This document shows positions 51,833 to 60,492 of a DNA stretch of 64,000 nucleotides, one piece after another (position 1 is the first letter of the stretch; every line of letters begins with the position of its first letter). This DNA is from a bacterium. GTDB lineage: Bacteria; Patescibacteriota; Patescibacteriia; Patescibacteriales; UBA12465. The DNA is taken from NCBI GenBank assembly GCA_035402825.1, contig DAONDZ010000002.1, positions 1,854 to 65,853 of the forward strand. Direction: 5' to 3'. The notes beneath the pieces are model-generated. The model made no database searches and had not been told where the DNA came from. It saw nothing but the letters and a program-made list of their open reading frames with translations. The position numbers and the translations under genes are program-made.

Positions 51833-52774
51833 TTAAATTCTTTCTGCCCCTCTTAATTTAGCGCTGCGGGAACGGGGATTTTGCTTAATTTCAGCCGCAG
51901 TCGGGATTAATACTTTTTTGGTAATGATTTTTAATTTAGCTCGATGATTACAACGGCAAACCGGGAAATTCGGCGGACAAACGCAATCACGACTAGCTTC
52001 TTTGAAAAAATCTTTCACTATCCTATCTTCCAAACTATGAAAAGAAACGATAACCAATCTTCCCCCTGGAGCTAAAACATTCAACGCGGCTCGCAAAGCA
52101 GTTTCTAAATTATCCAATTCTCCATTAGTGGCCATGCGCAAGGCTTGAAATACCTGAGTAGCGGGGTGAATTTTGCTTTTAGGATTTCGGGGAGAAACTG
52201 ACAAAATTATCTGGACTAATTGATCGGTGGTGGTAATTTTCTCCTCCGCTCTCTTTTTGACTATCGCCTGAGCAATCGCTCCGGCCCTTCTCTCTTCGCC
52301 ATAGACTCTAAAAATATGAATCAATTCGTTAAGGGTAGAATTATTAATCATCTTCGCAGTGCTGCGCAAACTTTGCGGACCGAAAGCCATATCGAGCGGG
52401 CGGGAATCTTGAAAAGAAAAACCTCTATTCGGATCAGCTAATTGGTTGGAGGATAATCCCAGGTCTAAAACAATGCCGTTAACCTTAACATCTTTTCCTA
52501 AATATTCAGCGGCTAAAGAATCTAAGTTTTTAAAATTACCTTCGGCTAAAACAATTTGCGGCCAATCATTCTGTTCTATTCTTTCTCTTTCTCGAGAAAT
52601 AGCTTGCGGATCTAAATCAATCGCCAATACCTGACCCGACTTTCCCACCGCTTGAGCCAAAGCTTCGGTATAACCGCCGCCGCCCAAGGTGCCGTCAATA
52701 AATATTTCCCCCTGTCTAGGCCGCAAGTATTTGATTACTTCCGCTAGCATCACTGGTAAATGAACGTTTTCCAT
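51833..52774 (-). CDS. rsmH: 16S rRNA (cytosine1402-N4)-methyltransferase
   Basis: HLPVMLAEV, DGTLGGGGY, DLGLSS and SFHSLEDR. The track start at 52801 is a GTG that overlaps mraZ. The ATG at 52774 (MENVHLPV) is more likely. Confidence 0.9.
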   Translation of the reverse strand: MENVHLPVMLAEVIKYLRPRQGEIFIDGTLGGGGYTEALAQAVGKSGQVLAIDLDPQAISRERERIEQNDWPQIVLAEGNFKNLDSLAAEYLGKDVKVNGIVLDLGLSSNQLADPNRGFSFQDSRPLDMAFGPQSLRSTAKMINNSTLNELIHIFRVYGEERRAGAIAQAIVKKRAEEKITTTDQLVQIILSVSPRNPKSKIHPATQVFQALRMATNGELDNLETALRAALNVLAPGGRLVIVSFHSLEDRIVKDFFKEASRDCVCPPNFPVCRCNHRAKLKIITKKVLIPTAAEIKQNPRSRSAKLRGAERI

Positions 52775-52784
52775 GGCTGTCAAA

Positions 52785-53216
52785 TTAAATTCCCAAATCA
52801 CCTAATTCTTCCGCAATACTATTGCTGTTCTTTTCGGTCTCAGCCTTATAATTATTCCAAGCCGCTTCATCCCAAATTTCTAAATGACTATATAAACCGG
52901 CGATAATTATTTTTTTACTTAAAGTGGCGAAACGACGCAGATATTCCGGCAAGGTGATGCGTCCCTGATTATCAAACTCTAAATCCATGGCGCCGGCCAA
53001 CATATGGCGAGAAAAAGCTCTAGTGCGGGATTGGCTGATAGGCAAAGCGGCGAACTTCTTGGCAATACCCTGCCATTCTTCTTTGCTATACAAAAATAAG
53101 CAATTGTCTAAACCCTTAGTGACAACTGCTCCTTTCTTTAAAATAGACCGAAACTTAGCCGGAATAGCCAAGCGTCCTTTGTCATCCAAATTGTGTTGAT
53201 ATTCGCCGATAAACAT
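52785..53216 (-). CDS. mraZ: Transcriptional regulator MraZ
   Basis: MFIGEYQHNLDDKGRLAIPAKFR and a second SpoVT-AbrB repeat (FDNQGRITLPEYLR). The track start at 53234 is a GTG, and the ATG at 53216 gives the canonical N-terminus. Confidence 0.9.
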   Translation of the reverse strand: MFIGEYQHNLDDKGRLAIPAKFRSILKKGAVVTKGLDNCLFLYSKEEWQGIAKKFAALPISQSRTRAFSRHMLAGAMDLEFDNQGRITLPEYLRRFATLSKKIIIAGLYSHLEIWDEAAWNNYKAETEKNSNSIAEELGDLGI

Positions 53217-53266
53217 ATGAAAAATTAAATTCACCTCGCTTCCCCACTGTTCACCTATACAATGTA

Positions 53267-53295
53267 ATTATACACCACTTTGAACCTCTGGTCAA
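53267..53295 (-). promoter_or_regulatory. Consensus promoter (TTGACC-17 nt-TATAAT) of the mraZ/dcw operon
   Basis: The minus strand has TTGACC at 53295-53290 and TATAAT at 53272-53267. Confidence 0.6.
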
Positions 53296-53311
53296 CACAA
53301 TTAAATTGGCT

Positions 53312-53350
53312 AAAATAAAACAAAAAAGACGCTATTAGCTAGCGCCTCTT
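53312..53350 (-). terminator. Terminator after the histidine phosphatase gene (end of the cca-to-phosphatase operon)
   Basis: The minus strand reads AGAggCGCTAgctaaTAGCGTCT followed by tttttgttttatttt. Confidence 0.5.
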
Positions 53351-53365
53351 TTAGTTATTCACAGC

Positions 53366-54049
53366 TTAGTCCACTAAAGTGATAAATAGGTCTTCGTTAG
53401 GTTCATGAGGTAAATGAGAAATATTATTGATGTAGCCGACTTTAATATAGCCATCGCGGTCAATTACCAATTTGCTAATTGAGGATTGATAGATCTCTAA
53501 AGATAGAAAACCAATGATATCGGCATTGACGATACTGGTGATAATAGTCTTGATAATATTACCATGACAGAATAGAGCTACCCGCTTGCCGCGGTTGTGG
53601 TGATAAATATCAGCCAACAAGCGCCGGGCTTCGGTCTGCATGGTATCCAGCTGTTTATCCAGCCGGCGATAATGCACTAGCTTGCTCTTGCGGGCTGTTT
53701 CGGAAGTATTAAAATATTTTATCCGATGCCAATCATGCCAATCAATTTCATTCAAGCGCTCGTCAATAATCAATTTCTTGCCGGTCTTCTCCACTAATGG
53801 CCGGGCAGTTTCTTGAGATCGCAATAATTCACTGGCGTATATTTTATCAATCTCTTTTTTGAGCATGATCTTTGTCAGATACTGTCTTTGCTTCAAACCG
53901 ACGACAGAAAGCGGCATATTAAAATCACCCACGGTTTTTTCAGTGGAATAATCGGGATTGCCGTGGCGTACCAAGTAGATAACCGTATAAGGCTGGCGCG
54001 TTTTGGGTTTTAATTTAATGTATGGGTTCTGATATTGCCTCTTAGTCAT
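53366..54049 (-). CDS. Histidine phosphatase superfamily (phosphoglycerate mutase-like) protein
   Basis: VIYLVRHGNPDYS (RHG motif) and a later FCHGNIIK. The track start at 54076 is a TTG that overlaps sod. The ATG at 54049 lies 1 nt after the sod stop. Confidence 0.7.
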   Translation of the reverse strand: MTKRQYQNPYIKLKPKTRQPYTVIYLVRHGNPDYSTEKTVGDFNMPLSVVGLKQRQYLTKIMLKKEIDKIYASELLRSQETARPLVEKTGKKLIIDERLNEIDWHDWHRIKYFNTSETARKSKLVHYRRLDKQLDTMQTEARRLLADIYHHNRGKRVALFCHGNIIKTIITSIVNADIIGFLSLEIYQSSISKLVIDRDGYIKVGYINNISHLPHEPNEDLFITLVD

Positions 54050-54050
54050 A

Positions 54051-54641
54051 TTAGGATTTAAAATTAGCGGCGGCAAATTCCCAATTCAAGAGATGATCAA
54101 TAATCGCCTGGACATAATCGCCGCGGCGATTTTGATAGTCTAAATAATAAGCATGCTCCCAAACATCAATAGTTAAAAGCGGCTTGGCGCCCTGAGCCAA
54201 AGGATTGTCAGCATTACTCGTCTTGCTAATCTGCAACTTCCCCGCTTCATAAACTAACCACACCCAGCCGCTGCCGAATTGAGCCAAGGCAGCCGCCTTT
54301 AATTCTTCCTTAAATTTATCCACTCCCCCGAAATCAGTTTCAATTTGCGCTAATAGCTCGCCGGCCAATTCGGTCTGCGGCTTTAAGCTTTGCCAATAGA
54401 AATCATGATTAAACACCTGGGCGGCATTATTAAAAATTCCAGCCGCCTCACTTTTGCCAGCCGTTCCTTTAATTATTTCTTCCAAGCTCTGCGTCTCCCA
54501 AACAGTTCCCGCCACCAGCTTATTCAAATTATCCACGTAAGCCTGATGATGCTTGCCATAATGGAAGCTAAGAGTATTCTCCGAAATATATGGGGCTAAG
54601 ACCTCCGGAGAAAAAGGCAAAGGCTTTAAATTGAAAGACAT
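54051..54641 (-). CDS. Fe/Mn superoxide dismutase
   Basis: [29 protein letters not shown] and [15 protein letters not shown]. Confidence 0.9.
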   Translation of the reverse strand: MSFNLKPLPFSPEVLAPYISENTLSFHYGKHHQAYVDNLNKLVAGTVWETQSLEEIIKGTAGKSEAAGIFNNAAQVFNHDFYWQSLKPQTELAGELLAQIETDFGGVDKFKEELKAAALAQFGSGWVWLVYEAGKLQISKTSNADNPLAQGAKPLLTIDVWEHAYYLDYQNRRGDYVQAIIDHLLNWEFAAANFKS

Positions 54642-54653
54642 ATGTTTTTTAAG

Positions 54654-55397
54654 TTAGGCTATAATAAATTTTAATAATAGCATTATCCCTAATCCCAAAA
54701 TAATTCCCGCAAACTGGCGTAGACCACTCAATAAACTAACCTCTTTCTTTAATTCCGGAATCAAATCAGCGGTGGCGATATAAATAAAGCTGCCGGCAGT
54801 CAAAGGAATAATCAAATCAATAAACCCCTGGCTATTAGTCCCGAAAAACCAAGCCAAGACTGCGCCGATTACAGAAAACGAAGCGGAGAGAAGATTCAAG
54901 GCTAAAGCGCGCTTGGGTTTGTAGCCGGCATGAAGCAAGGTGCCAAAATCGCCCAGCTCTTGCGGTATTTCATGAGCAATAACGGCAATGGTGGTGACTA
55001 TTCCTAAACGGAAATCAACTAAAAAGCTGCCAGCGATAATGAAACCGTCAATTAAATTATGCAGCCCGTCTCCTACTAAATTCATCATTCCCACCGGATG
55101 AGGATGATTCTCATTGGGCGAGAGATGGCAATGGCGCCAATGGACAATCTTTTCCAAAACGAAAAATAATAATACGCCGGCCACTAAAGTTATCCAGAGC
55201 TCCAGGCCGTTATTCTTCGCCACCGCTTCCGGCAATAGATGGAAAAAGGTATCACCAATTAATGTTCCAGCCGAAAAACTAACCAAGAACATTATTAAAC
55301 GATTCAAATTATTTTTGGAAACGGTCAAGACTAAGATACCCAGAAGAGAAATCAGGGAGGTAATAATTGAGGCTAGTAGAATATAAATTAGGGTCAT
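54654..55397 (-). CDS. zupT: ZIP-family divalent metal (zinc) transporter
   Basis: 8 TM segments, HNLIDGFIIAGSF and AHEIPQELGDFG. Confidence 0.8.
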   Translation of the reverse strand: MTLIYILLASIITSLISLLGILVLTVSKNNLNRLIMFLVSFSAGTLIGDTFFHLLPEAVAKNNGLELWITLVAGVLLFFVLEKIVHWRHCHLSPNENHPHPVGMMNLVGDGLHNLIDGFIIAGSFLVDFRLGIVTTIAVIAHEIPQELGDFGTLLHAGYKPKRALALNLLSASFSVIGAVLAWFFGTNSQGFIDLIIPLTAGSFIYIATADLIPELKKEVSLLSGLRQFAGIILGLGIMLLLKFIIA

Positions 55398-55400
55398 AGA

Positions 55401-55811
55401 TTATTTTTTCTTAGCTGCTTTAGGTTTTTTATTTTCAGTCTGCTTCTTTTCATATTCGGCAATTACGTTCTTGAGTCCTTCCACCGCCATTACGGAACAA
55501 TGGACTTTCTGATTGGGCAAGCCACCTAAATCGGAAACGATAGTGGACCAATCAAATTTCTTAGCTTGAGCCAAAGTCATTCCCTTTACTTTCTCAGTCA
55601 TCACTGAAGCGGTGGCAATATTAGACGCACAGCCGAAAGACAAGAATTTAATGTCTTTAATCTTGCCCTTTTCCACTTTAATGGAAAAAGACAATTGATC
55701 GCCGCACACTCGGTTGCCAATCTCAATTACTGCATCAGCATTTTTTACTTCCCCAATATTTTTCGGATGCAAAAAATGATTGATAGTTTTTTTAGTATAA
55801 TTAAGGGCCAT
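55401..55811 (-). CDS. NifU/IscU-type Fe-S cluster scaffold
   Basis: Three conserved Cys in context (NRVCGDQ, FGCASNIATAS, VHCSVMA). Confidence 0.8.
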   Translation of the reverse strand: MALNYTKKTINHFLHPKNIGEVKNADAVIEIGNRVCGDQLSFSIKVEKGKIKDIKFLSFGCASNIATASVMTEKVKGMTLAQAKKFDWSTIVSDLGGLPNQKVHCSVMAVEGLKNVIAEYEKKQTENKKPKAAKKK

Positions 55812-55821
55812 ATGATTTAAG

Positions 55822-56976
55822 TTAATTTTTAATCGGGGAAAAACTGCGCAAACGGCTCACGGTTTTCTGAAGAGCCTTAAGAGCGTAGTCAATCTCTTTC
55901 TTGGTATTATATTTTCCCAAAGAAAATCTAATATTGCTATTTAAATTATCATCAGCTATTCCCAGGGCTGCCAAAACTGAAGAGCTCTTCAAGTTTAAAG
56001 CCGAGCAGGCTGAACCGGTGGAGACATAGACGCCTTGGTAAGATAAATCCATTAAAATAGCTTCTCCTTCAATACGGGAGAACATCAAATTTAAATTATT
56101 GGGCGTCCGTTTCTTCAAATCGCCGTTAATATTAACGTCAGGAATATTCTTTTTAATCTGCGCTAAAAGATAATCCCGCAGTTCTTTAACCTTTTTGAGA
56201 TAAGCGGTACGTTCTTGATAAGCTAAAGTCAAAGCCTCGGTAAAACCGATGATGCCCGGCACGTTATAAGTTCCGGCCCGCATTCCTTTCTCTTGGCCGC
56301 CGCCGACAATCAGCGGCTTAATTCTGACCGCCGGATTAATAACGGCCAAACCCACCCCCAAAGGACCATAGAACTTATGCCCCGATAGGCTCAAGAAATC
56401 AATATTATCTTTTTCAATATTGATCTTCAAATAAGGCACCGCCTGAACCGCATCGGTATGGAAAAGAACTCCTCGCTCATGAACTAAGCGGCTAATAGCG
56501 GCAATGTCCTGGATAGTACCAATCTCATTATTAACCGTCATAATGGAGACTAAAACCGTTTGGGGGCCGATTAAATTTTTCAATTTCCCCAAATCAATTA
56601 ATCCTCGGCTATCCACCGGCGCTATATCCACTTTAAAGCCTTCGTCTTCTAGCTCTTTGGCCGACTGGCGAACGCAAGGATGTTCAATAGCCGAAATAAT
56701 CAAATGATTGCCCCGCTCTCGATTAGCTCGCATCACCCCCTTGATGATGAAGTTATTAGCTTCAGTAGCCGAAGCGGTAAATACCAAGCGTTCCGGTTTA
56801 ACTCCCAAGAGCTGACCGATTTTAATTTTGCATTTTTTAATAGCCGCGTCATTGTCTTGCCCTAATTTATGAATACTGGAAGCGTTGCCAAAATGATTCA
56901 AAAAATAAGGCTTCATCCGAGCTAAAACGCGCGGATCAATCCTGGTGGTAGCGGCATTATCTAAATAAACCTGCAT
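55822..56976 (-). CDS. Cysteine desulfurase (NifS/IscS class)
   Basis: PLP-Lys SGHKFYGP and the catalytic loop STGSACS. Confidence 0.85.
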   Translation of the reverse strand: MQVYLDNAATTRIDPRVLARMKPYFLNHFGNASSIHKLGQDNDAAIKKCKIKIGQLLGVKPERLVFTASATEANNFIIKGVMRANRERGNHLIISAIEHPCVRQSAKELEDEGFKVDIAPVDSRGLIDLGKLKNLIGPQTVLVSIMTVNNEIGTIQDIAAISRLVHERGVLFHTDAVQAVPYLKINIEKDNIDFLSLSGHKFYGPLGVGLAVINPAVRIKPLIVGGGQEKGMRAGTYNVPGIIGFTEALTLAYQERTAYLKKVKELRDYLLAQIKKNIPDVNINGDLKKRTPNNLNLMFSRIEGEAILMDLSYQGVYVSTGSACSALNLKSSSVLAALGIADDNLNSNIRFSLGKYNTKKEIDYALKALQKTVSRLRSFSPIKN

Positions 56977-56981
56977 ATGAT

Positions 56982-57611
56982 TTATTTTAGCTCAATAGCA
57001 TTAATAATCGCATCAACGGTGGGATGATTTTGGACGGTGTTGTTGACCGGCAAAGCTTCAATTTTGTCCACAACATCCATGCCGGATACTACCTTGCCGA
57101 AATTAGTATGTTTGCCATCTAGCCAAGGAGTGGCCTCGGCGGTCACGATGAAAAATTGAGAACCATTGGTGTTGGCGCCGCCGTTAGCCATGGCCAAAGA
57201 ACCGCGCACTAAAGGATGATTATTAATTTCATCTTGGAAATAATAACCCGGTCCGCCAGTGCCGTCATCGGACCAATCATCATCTTTGCTGTTAGGACAG
57301 CCGCCTTGGATCATAAAGTCGGTAATCACTCGGTGAAACTTAGTGCCGGTATAGAATCCGTCCTTAACTAAATTCATAAAATTATTGACGGTCACCGGGG
57401 ACTCCGGATAGAACTCCACTTCAATATTTCCCATGTTGGTCTTGATTATCGCACCGGTATACTTGGCGAAATAATCATCTTGCTCCGGCAAAACCCGAAC
57501 GTTTTCCGGAATAGTATTGTTTGTCTCTGACATATTTTTGTTTTCCTTACTGCAAGCACTTAAGGTTAGGGTCAAAATTAAACCCAAAAATAACCATAAA
57601 TAGCGTTTCAT
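56982..57611 (-). CDS. Cyclophilin-type peptidyl-prolyl isomerase lipoprotein
   Basis: Lipobox LTLSAC, plus [13 protein letters not shown] and GSQFFI. Confidence 0.85.
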   Translation of the reverse strand: MKRYLWLFLGLILTLTLSACSKENKNMSETNNTIPENVRVLPEQDDYFAKYTGAIIKTNMGNIEVEFYPESPVTVNNFMNLVKDGFYTGTKFHRVITDFMIQGGCPNSKDDDWSDDGTGGPGYYFQDEINNHPLVRGSLAMANGGANTNGSQFFIVTAEATPWLDGKHTNFGKVVSGMDVVDKIEALPVNNTVQNHPTVDAIINAIELK

Positions 57612-57677
57612 AAGTTTAAATAATTAATTATCTTATTATTAAATTATAGTATATTTTTAGTCTTTTAGCCACCCGGT

Positions 57678-59147
57678 CTAAACCTTAAAATCGTGGCGCA
57701 GAGACTCGTCGGCCTCTTCTTGTTTCTCGGCAATAATCTCCTGAGCTTTGCTACGTAAGCTTTCTAAGTTCTCAGTGCTTAATTCCCTGGCCTGAGACAA
57801 GAGATACTCCTTAGTATTTAACTCCGGATCTTCAATTACCTGCGCTAAAAGCACCTCCAAAATAGCACCCATCTTTGGACTGGGCTCCATTTTCAATTCA
57901 GTCATTAGATCATGGCCGTTAATCTTTAACATCTTAACTGAGACCGGATCATTTTGCACTTTTTCCATCATATACTGCAAATGTCTCAGCTTATAGGGCA
58001 CGGCGCTTTTTAGCCCCGAACCCAAACGATCAGCAACCCGCAAGTCAATCAAGTCCTGCAAATTTTCCCGGCCGGTCTTGGCGATTAAGCGCCGCACCGA
58101 AGCGGCTGTCACTTCTCCGACCTGGTAATAGAACATATGATTGCGAACCAAATTCACCACCCTGAATATTTCCGCGGTACTGAACTTTAATCTCTTCATG
58201 ATTCTCTCCGTCATCTTGGCCCCGATATATTCATGGTTATAGAAAGACGGATGGCCGCCCACCAGCTTATAAGCCTTAGGTTTGCCCACATCATGAAGCA
58301 AAGCCGCCAAACGCACCGGCCACTCGGAACTAGGACAATATTTCAAAGACAATAAATTATGCTCTAAAACCGGATAGATATGATGATAATGCTGTTTAGT
58401 GTCCTTGCCGTCTTCCAGCTCAGGAATAATATATTGCAGCAGCTTGTATTGACTCAGGGCCCTAATTCCCATTTCGGGACGATCAGAGGATAGTATTTTT
58501 ATCAACTCATCATGAATGCGTTCCGGAGCGATAAATTTCAAACCGCCAGCCATTTTCACGATACCGCGGCCAGTCTTGTCTTCTAGACCAAAACCCAACT
58601 GGCAAGTAAAGCGAATAGCCCGCATTAAACGCAAGGCGTCTTCTTTAAATCTATCCACCGGTTCGCCGACCGCCCGGATAATCTTTTTTTCAATATCCTT
58701 TTGCCCCCCGAATAAGTCAACTAAAATATATTTTTTGCCATCTAAAACAATCGGATTGCCCGCTAGTCCGGGGCGCTCCGGAGTCAAAGCTAAAGCGTTG
58801 ACCGTGAAATCACGGCGCTTCAAATCTTCCTCAATATTATCTTCAAAGCAAACTTCGTCCGGATGTCTCCGATCGTTGTAGCCTTTTTCGGAGCGATAAG
58901 TGGTAATTTCCAAAACATCGCCCGCTTCATTATGAGTTGGCAAAATGACGGTACCAAAGCTGTTCTCATACTTAGCTTCTGAAAAGATATCCAAAATCTG
59001 CTCCGGCCGGGCCGAAGTGGCTAAATCCCAATCGCTGGCGTCTTTGCCCATTAGCAAATCACGCACTGCTCCGCCGACGAAGTAGGCTTCATAGCCGCTT
59101 TCCCATATTCTATTTAAAGCCGTTAAGGCATATTCGGGTATTTTCAT
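57678..59147 (-). CDS. cca: CCA-adding tRNA nucleotidyltransferase with HD domain
   Basis: GGAVRDLLMGKDASDWDLAT, RRDFTVNAL and the HD region LLHDVGKP. Confidence 0.8.
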   Translation of the reverse strand: MKIPEYALTALNRIWESGYEAYFVGGAVRDLLMGKDASDWDLATSARPEQILDIFSEAKYENSFGTVILPTHNEAGDVLEITTYRSEKGYNDRRHPDEVCFEDNIEEDLKRRDFTVNALALTPERPGLAGNPIVLDGKKYILVDLFGGQKDIEKKIIRAVGEPVDRFKEDALRLMRAIRFTCQLGFGLEDKTGRGIVKMAGGLKFIAPERIHDELIKILSSDRPEMGIRALSQYKLLQYIIPELEDGKDTKQHYHHIYPVLEHNLLSLKYCPSSEWPVRLAALLHDVGKPKAYKLVGGHPSFYNHEYIGAKMTERIMKRLKFSTAEIFRVVNLVRNHMFYYQVGEVTAASVRRLIAKTGRENLQDLIDLRVADRLGSGLKSAVPYKLRHLQYMMEKVQNDPVSVKMLKINGHDLMTELKMEPSPKMGAILEVLLAQVIEDPELNTKEYLLSQARELSTENLESLRSKAQEIIAEKQEEADESLRHDFKV

Positions 59148-59259
59148 AGCATTTTTAGTATATTATATTAGCCTCTAATTGGCAAATTATTGACAAAATA
59201 TATAATCTATTATACAATTCTCGGTTATTTACTAAGTTGAACCTTCAAATATCTTAACC

Positions 59260-59622
59260 ATGACAGCATCATATGAAAAAGTGGAACATCTTTTCAAAAA
59301 GATGGAAGCTTTCTTTGCCCGCCAAGCCAGAGAGGAAGCCGATTATATCTTTATTTTAATGGCCCTCTATTGCACCGTGGAACTTATTGAACCGGAGCAA
59401 AAAGAAACCCTGAGAATCTTTCAGGAAAAGTTTGCGGAGTTAAAAGCCAACCACATTGATGAAATGATTGACGGTGACATGCAAATGCTCATCAATCGAA
59501 TTACCAAAAAGCTGGAGCAAATCAATGCTCTGTGCTCCTCCGAAACCGAAGTTGACCCAACAGGAAAAAATGAATTGCTGAATAGCCAAATTAACTTGGT
59601 GGTCAGCCGGTTAAAATATTAA
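59260..59622 (+). CDS. Hypothetical helical protein
   Basis: 120-aa ORF followed by a strong terminator. No family recognised. Confidence 0.4.
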   Translation: MTASYEKVEHLFKKMEAFFARQAREEADYIFILMALYCTVELIEPEQKETLRIFQEKFAELKANHIDEMIDGDMQMLINRITKKLEQINALCSSETEVDPTGKNELLNSQINLVVSRLKY

Positions 59623-59633
59623 ACTACCGAAAC

Positions 59634-59670
59634 AAAAAAAGGCACGCGCCAAAAACGCGTGCCTCTTTAA
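59634..59670. terminator. Bidirectional terminator between convergent genes
   Basis: aaaaaaAGGCACGCGccaaaaaCGCGTGCCTcttt: 9-bp GC-rich stem. Confidence 0.7.
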
Positions 59671-59689
59671 TTGCCTAATGAAAATTATT

Positions 59690-59950
59690 CTATTCCCCAA
59701 ATACCACGCTCTCCACCTTGATGCCTTTAAGAGCTCTGATTTTTTCTACCAATTCATCAATCCGATCCTTCTCCGCCTCTACGGCTAAAACGATTAATCC
59801 CGGACATTGGGAAACGCAACGTTTTTCCACGTTGACTCCCATTCGGGCATTAATCAAATGGCCGGACTCGGTTAGCAGCTCGTTTAAACCGGCCACATTA
59901 GCTTGGCGATCGGAAACGAGAATGGTAATTGAACCAAGAACTTGATTCAT
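59690..59950 (-). CDS. TM1266-like small ACT-fold protein (putative iron-only hydrogenase system regulator family)
   Basis: 86 aa. ITILVSDRQANVAGLNELLTESGHLINARMGVNV...LIVLAVEAEKDRIDELVEKIRALKGIKVESVVF follows the TM1266/TIGR03959 pattern as I remember it. It sits at the end of the hydrogenase gene string. Confidence 0.65.
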   Translation of the reverse strand: MNQVLGSITILVSDRQANVAGLNELLTESGHLINARMGVNVEKRCVSQCPGLIVLAVEAEKDRIDELVEKIRALKGIKVESVVFGE

Positions 59951-59960
59951 ATGATTAATA

Positions 59961-60491
59961 TTATATTCTTCTTAACCATTTTAAAATAAAGAAAGCAATA
60001 ATTCCGCCTAAGAGCGCCGAAAATAATTGCGGCCAGGACATCATGGCGTTTACTAAAGTTTCCAGGCGTGGTTCATTTAAAAATTTCACCACTGCTTTAG
60101 CCACCACGAACAAAAAAGCGAATTTAAATAAAGCGCCGGAAACCACTGCCGGCCAATAGGGCTCATTGCCTTTTAAGCGATAATATAAATAGTTAATGGT
60201 GCTGATAAAAACTAAATTAGATAAAATTATCACCGGTACTAGCGGGGCCATTATCGGTAGTAATAACCCGCCGCTTAGAGCCATTAAACTAGGCACGAAA
60301 GCCACCAAGGCGGCTAGGCGCCAGCCGCTTAAAAACAAAACGATTATTAAAACAGCATTAACTAGTGGTCCAGTTATCCATTGATTATGAATAAAAAAAG
60401 GCGCCGCCGCGGCAGTAAATGCCAGAAGCAAAGACCAAACCCAAGTTCGGCTATCTACTTTCTCCAAAGCTAGACTGGAAGTTAAAGCCAT
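59961..60491 (-). CDS. Polytopic membrane protein (5-6 TM), function unknown; ECF S-component-like at best
   Basis: 176 aa of mostly TM helices (FFIHNQWITGPLVNAVLIIVLFL...). It starts 1 nt after the hydA stop. Confidence 0.45.
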   Translation of the reverse strand: MALTSSLALEKVDSRTWVWSLLLAFTAAAAPFFIHNQWITGPLVNAVLIIVLFLSGWRLAALVAFVPSLMALSGGLLLPIMAPLVPVIILSNLVFISTINYLYYRLKGNEPYWPAVVSGALFKFAFLFVVAKAVVKFLNEPRLETLVNAMMSWPQLFSALLGGIIAFFILKWLRRI

Positions 60492-60492
60492 A

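Noticed and set aside
53231-53278. Candidate MraZ operator boxes (GTGG/GGTGA-type repeats) between the dcw promoter and mraZ
   Set aside because: Four GTG-containing motifs exist, but their spacing is irregular (13, 7 and 21 nt) rather than the regular ~10-nt phasing described for MraZ boxes. Evidence is insufficient.
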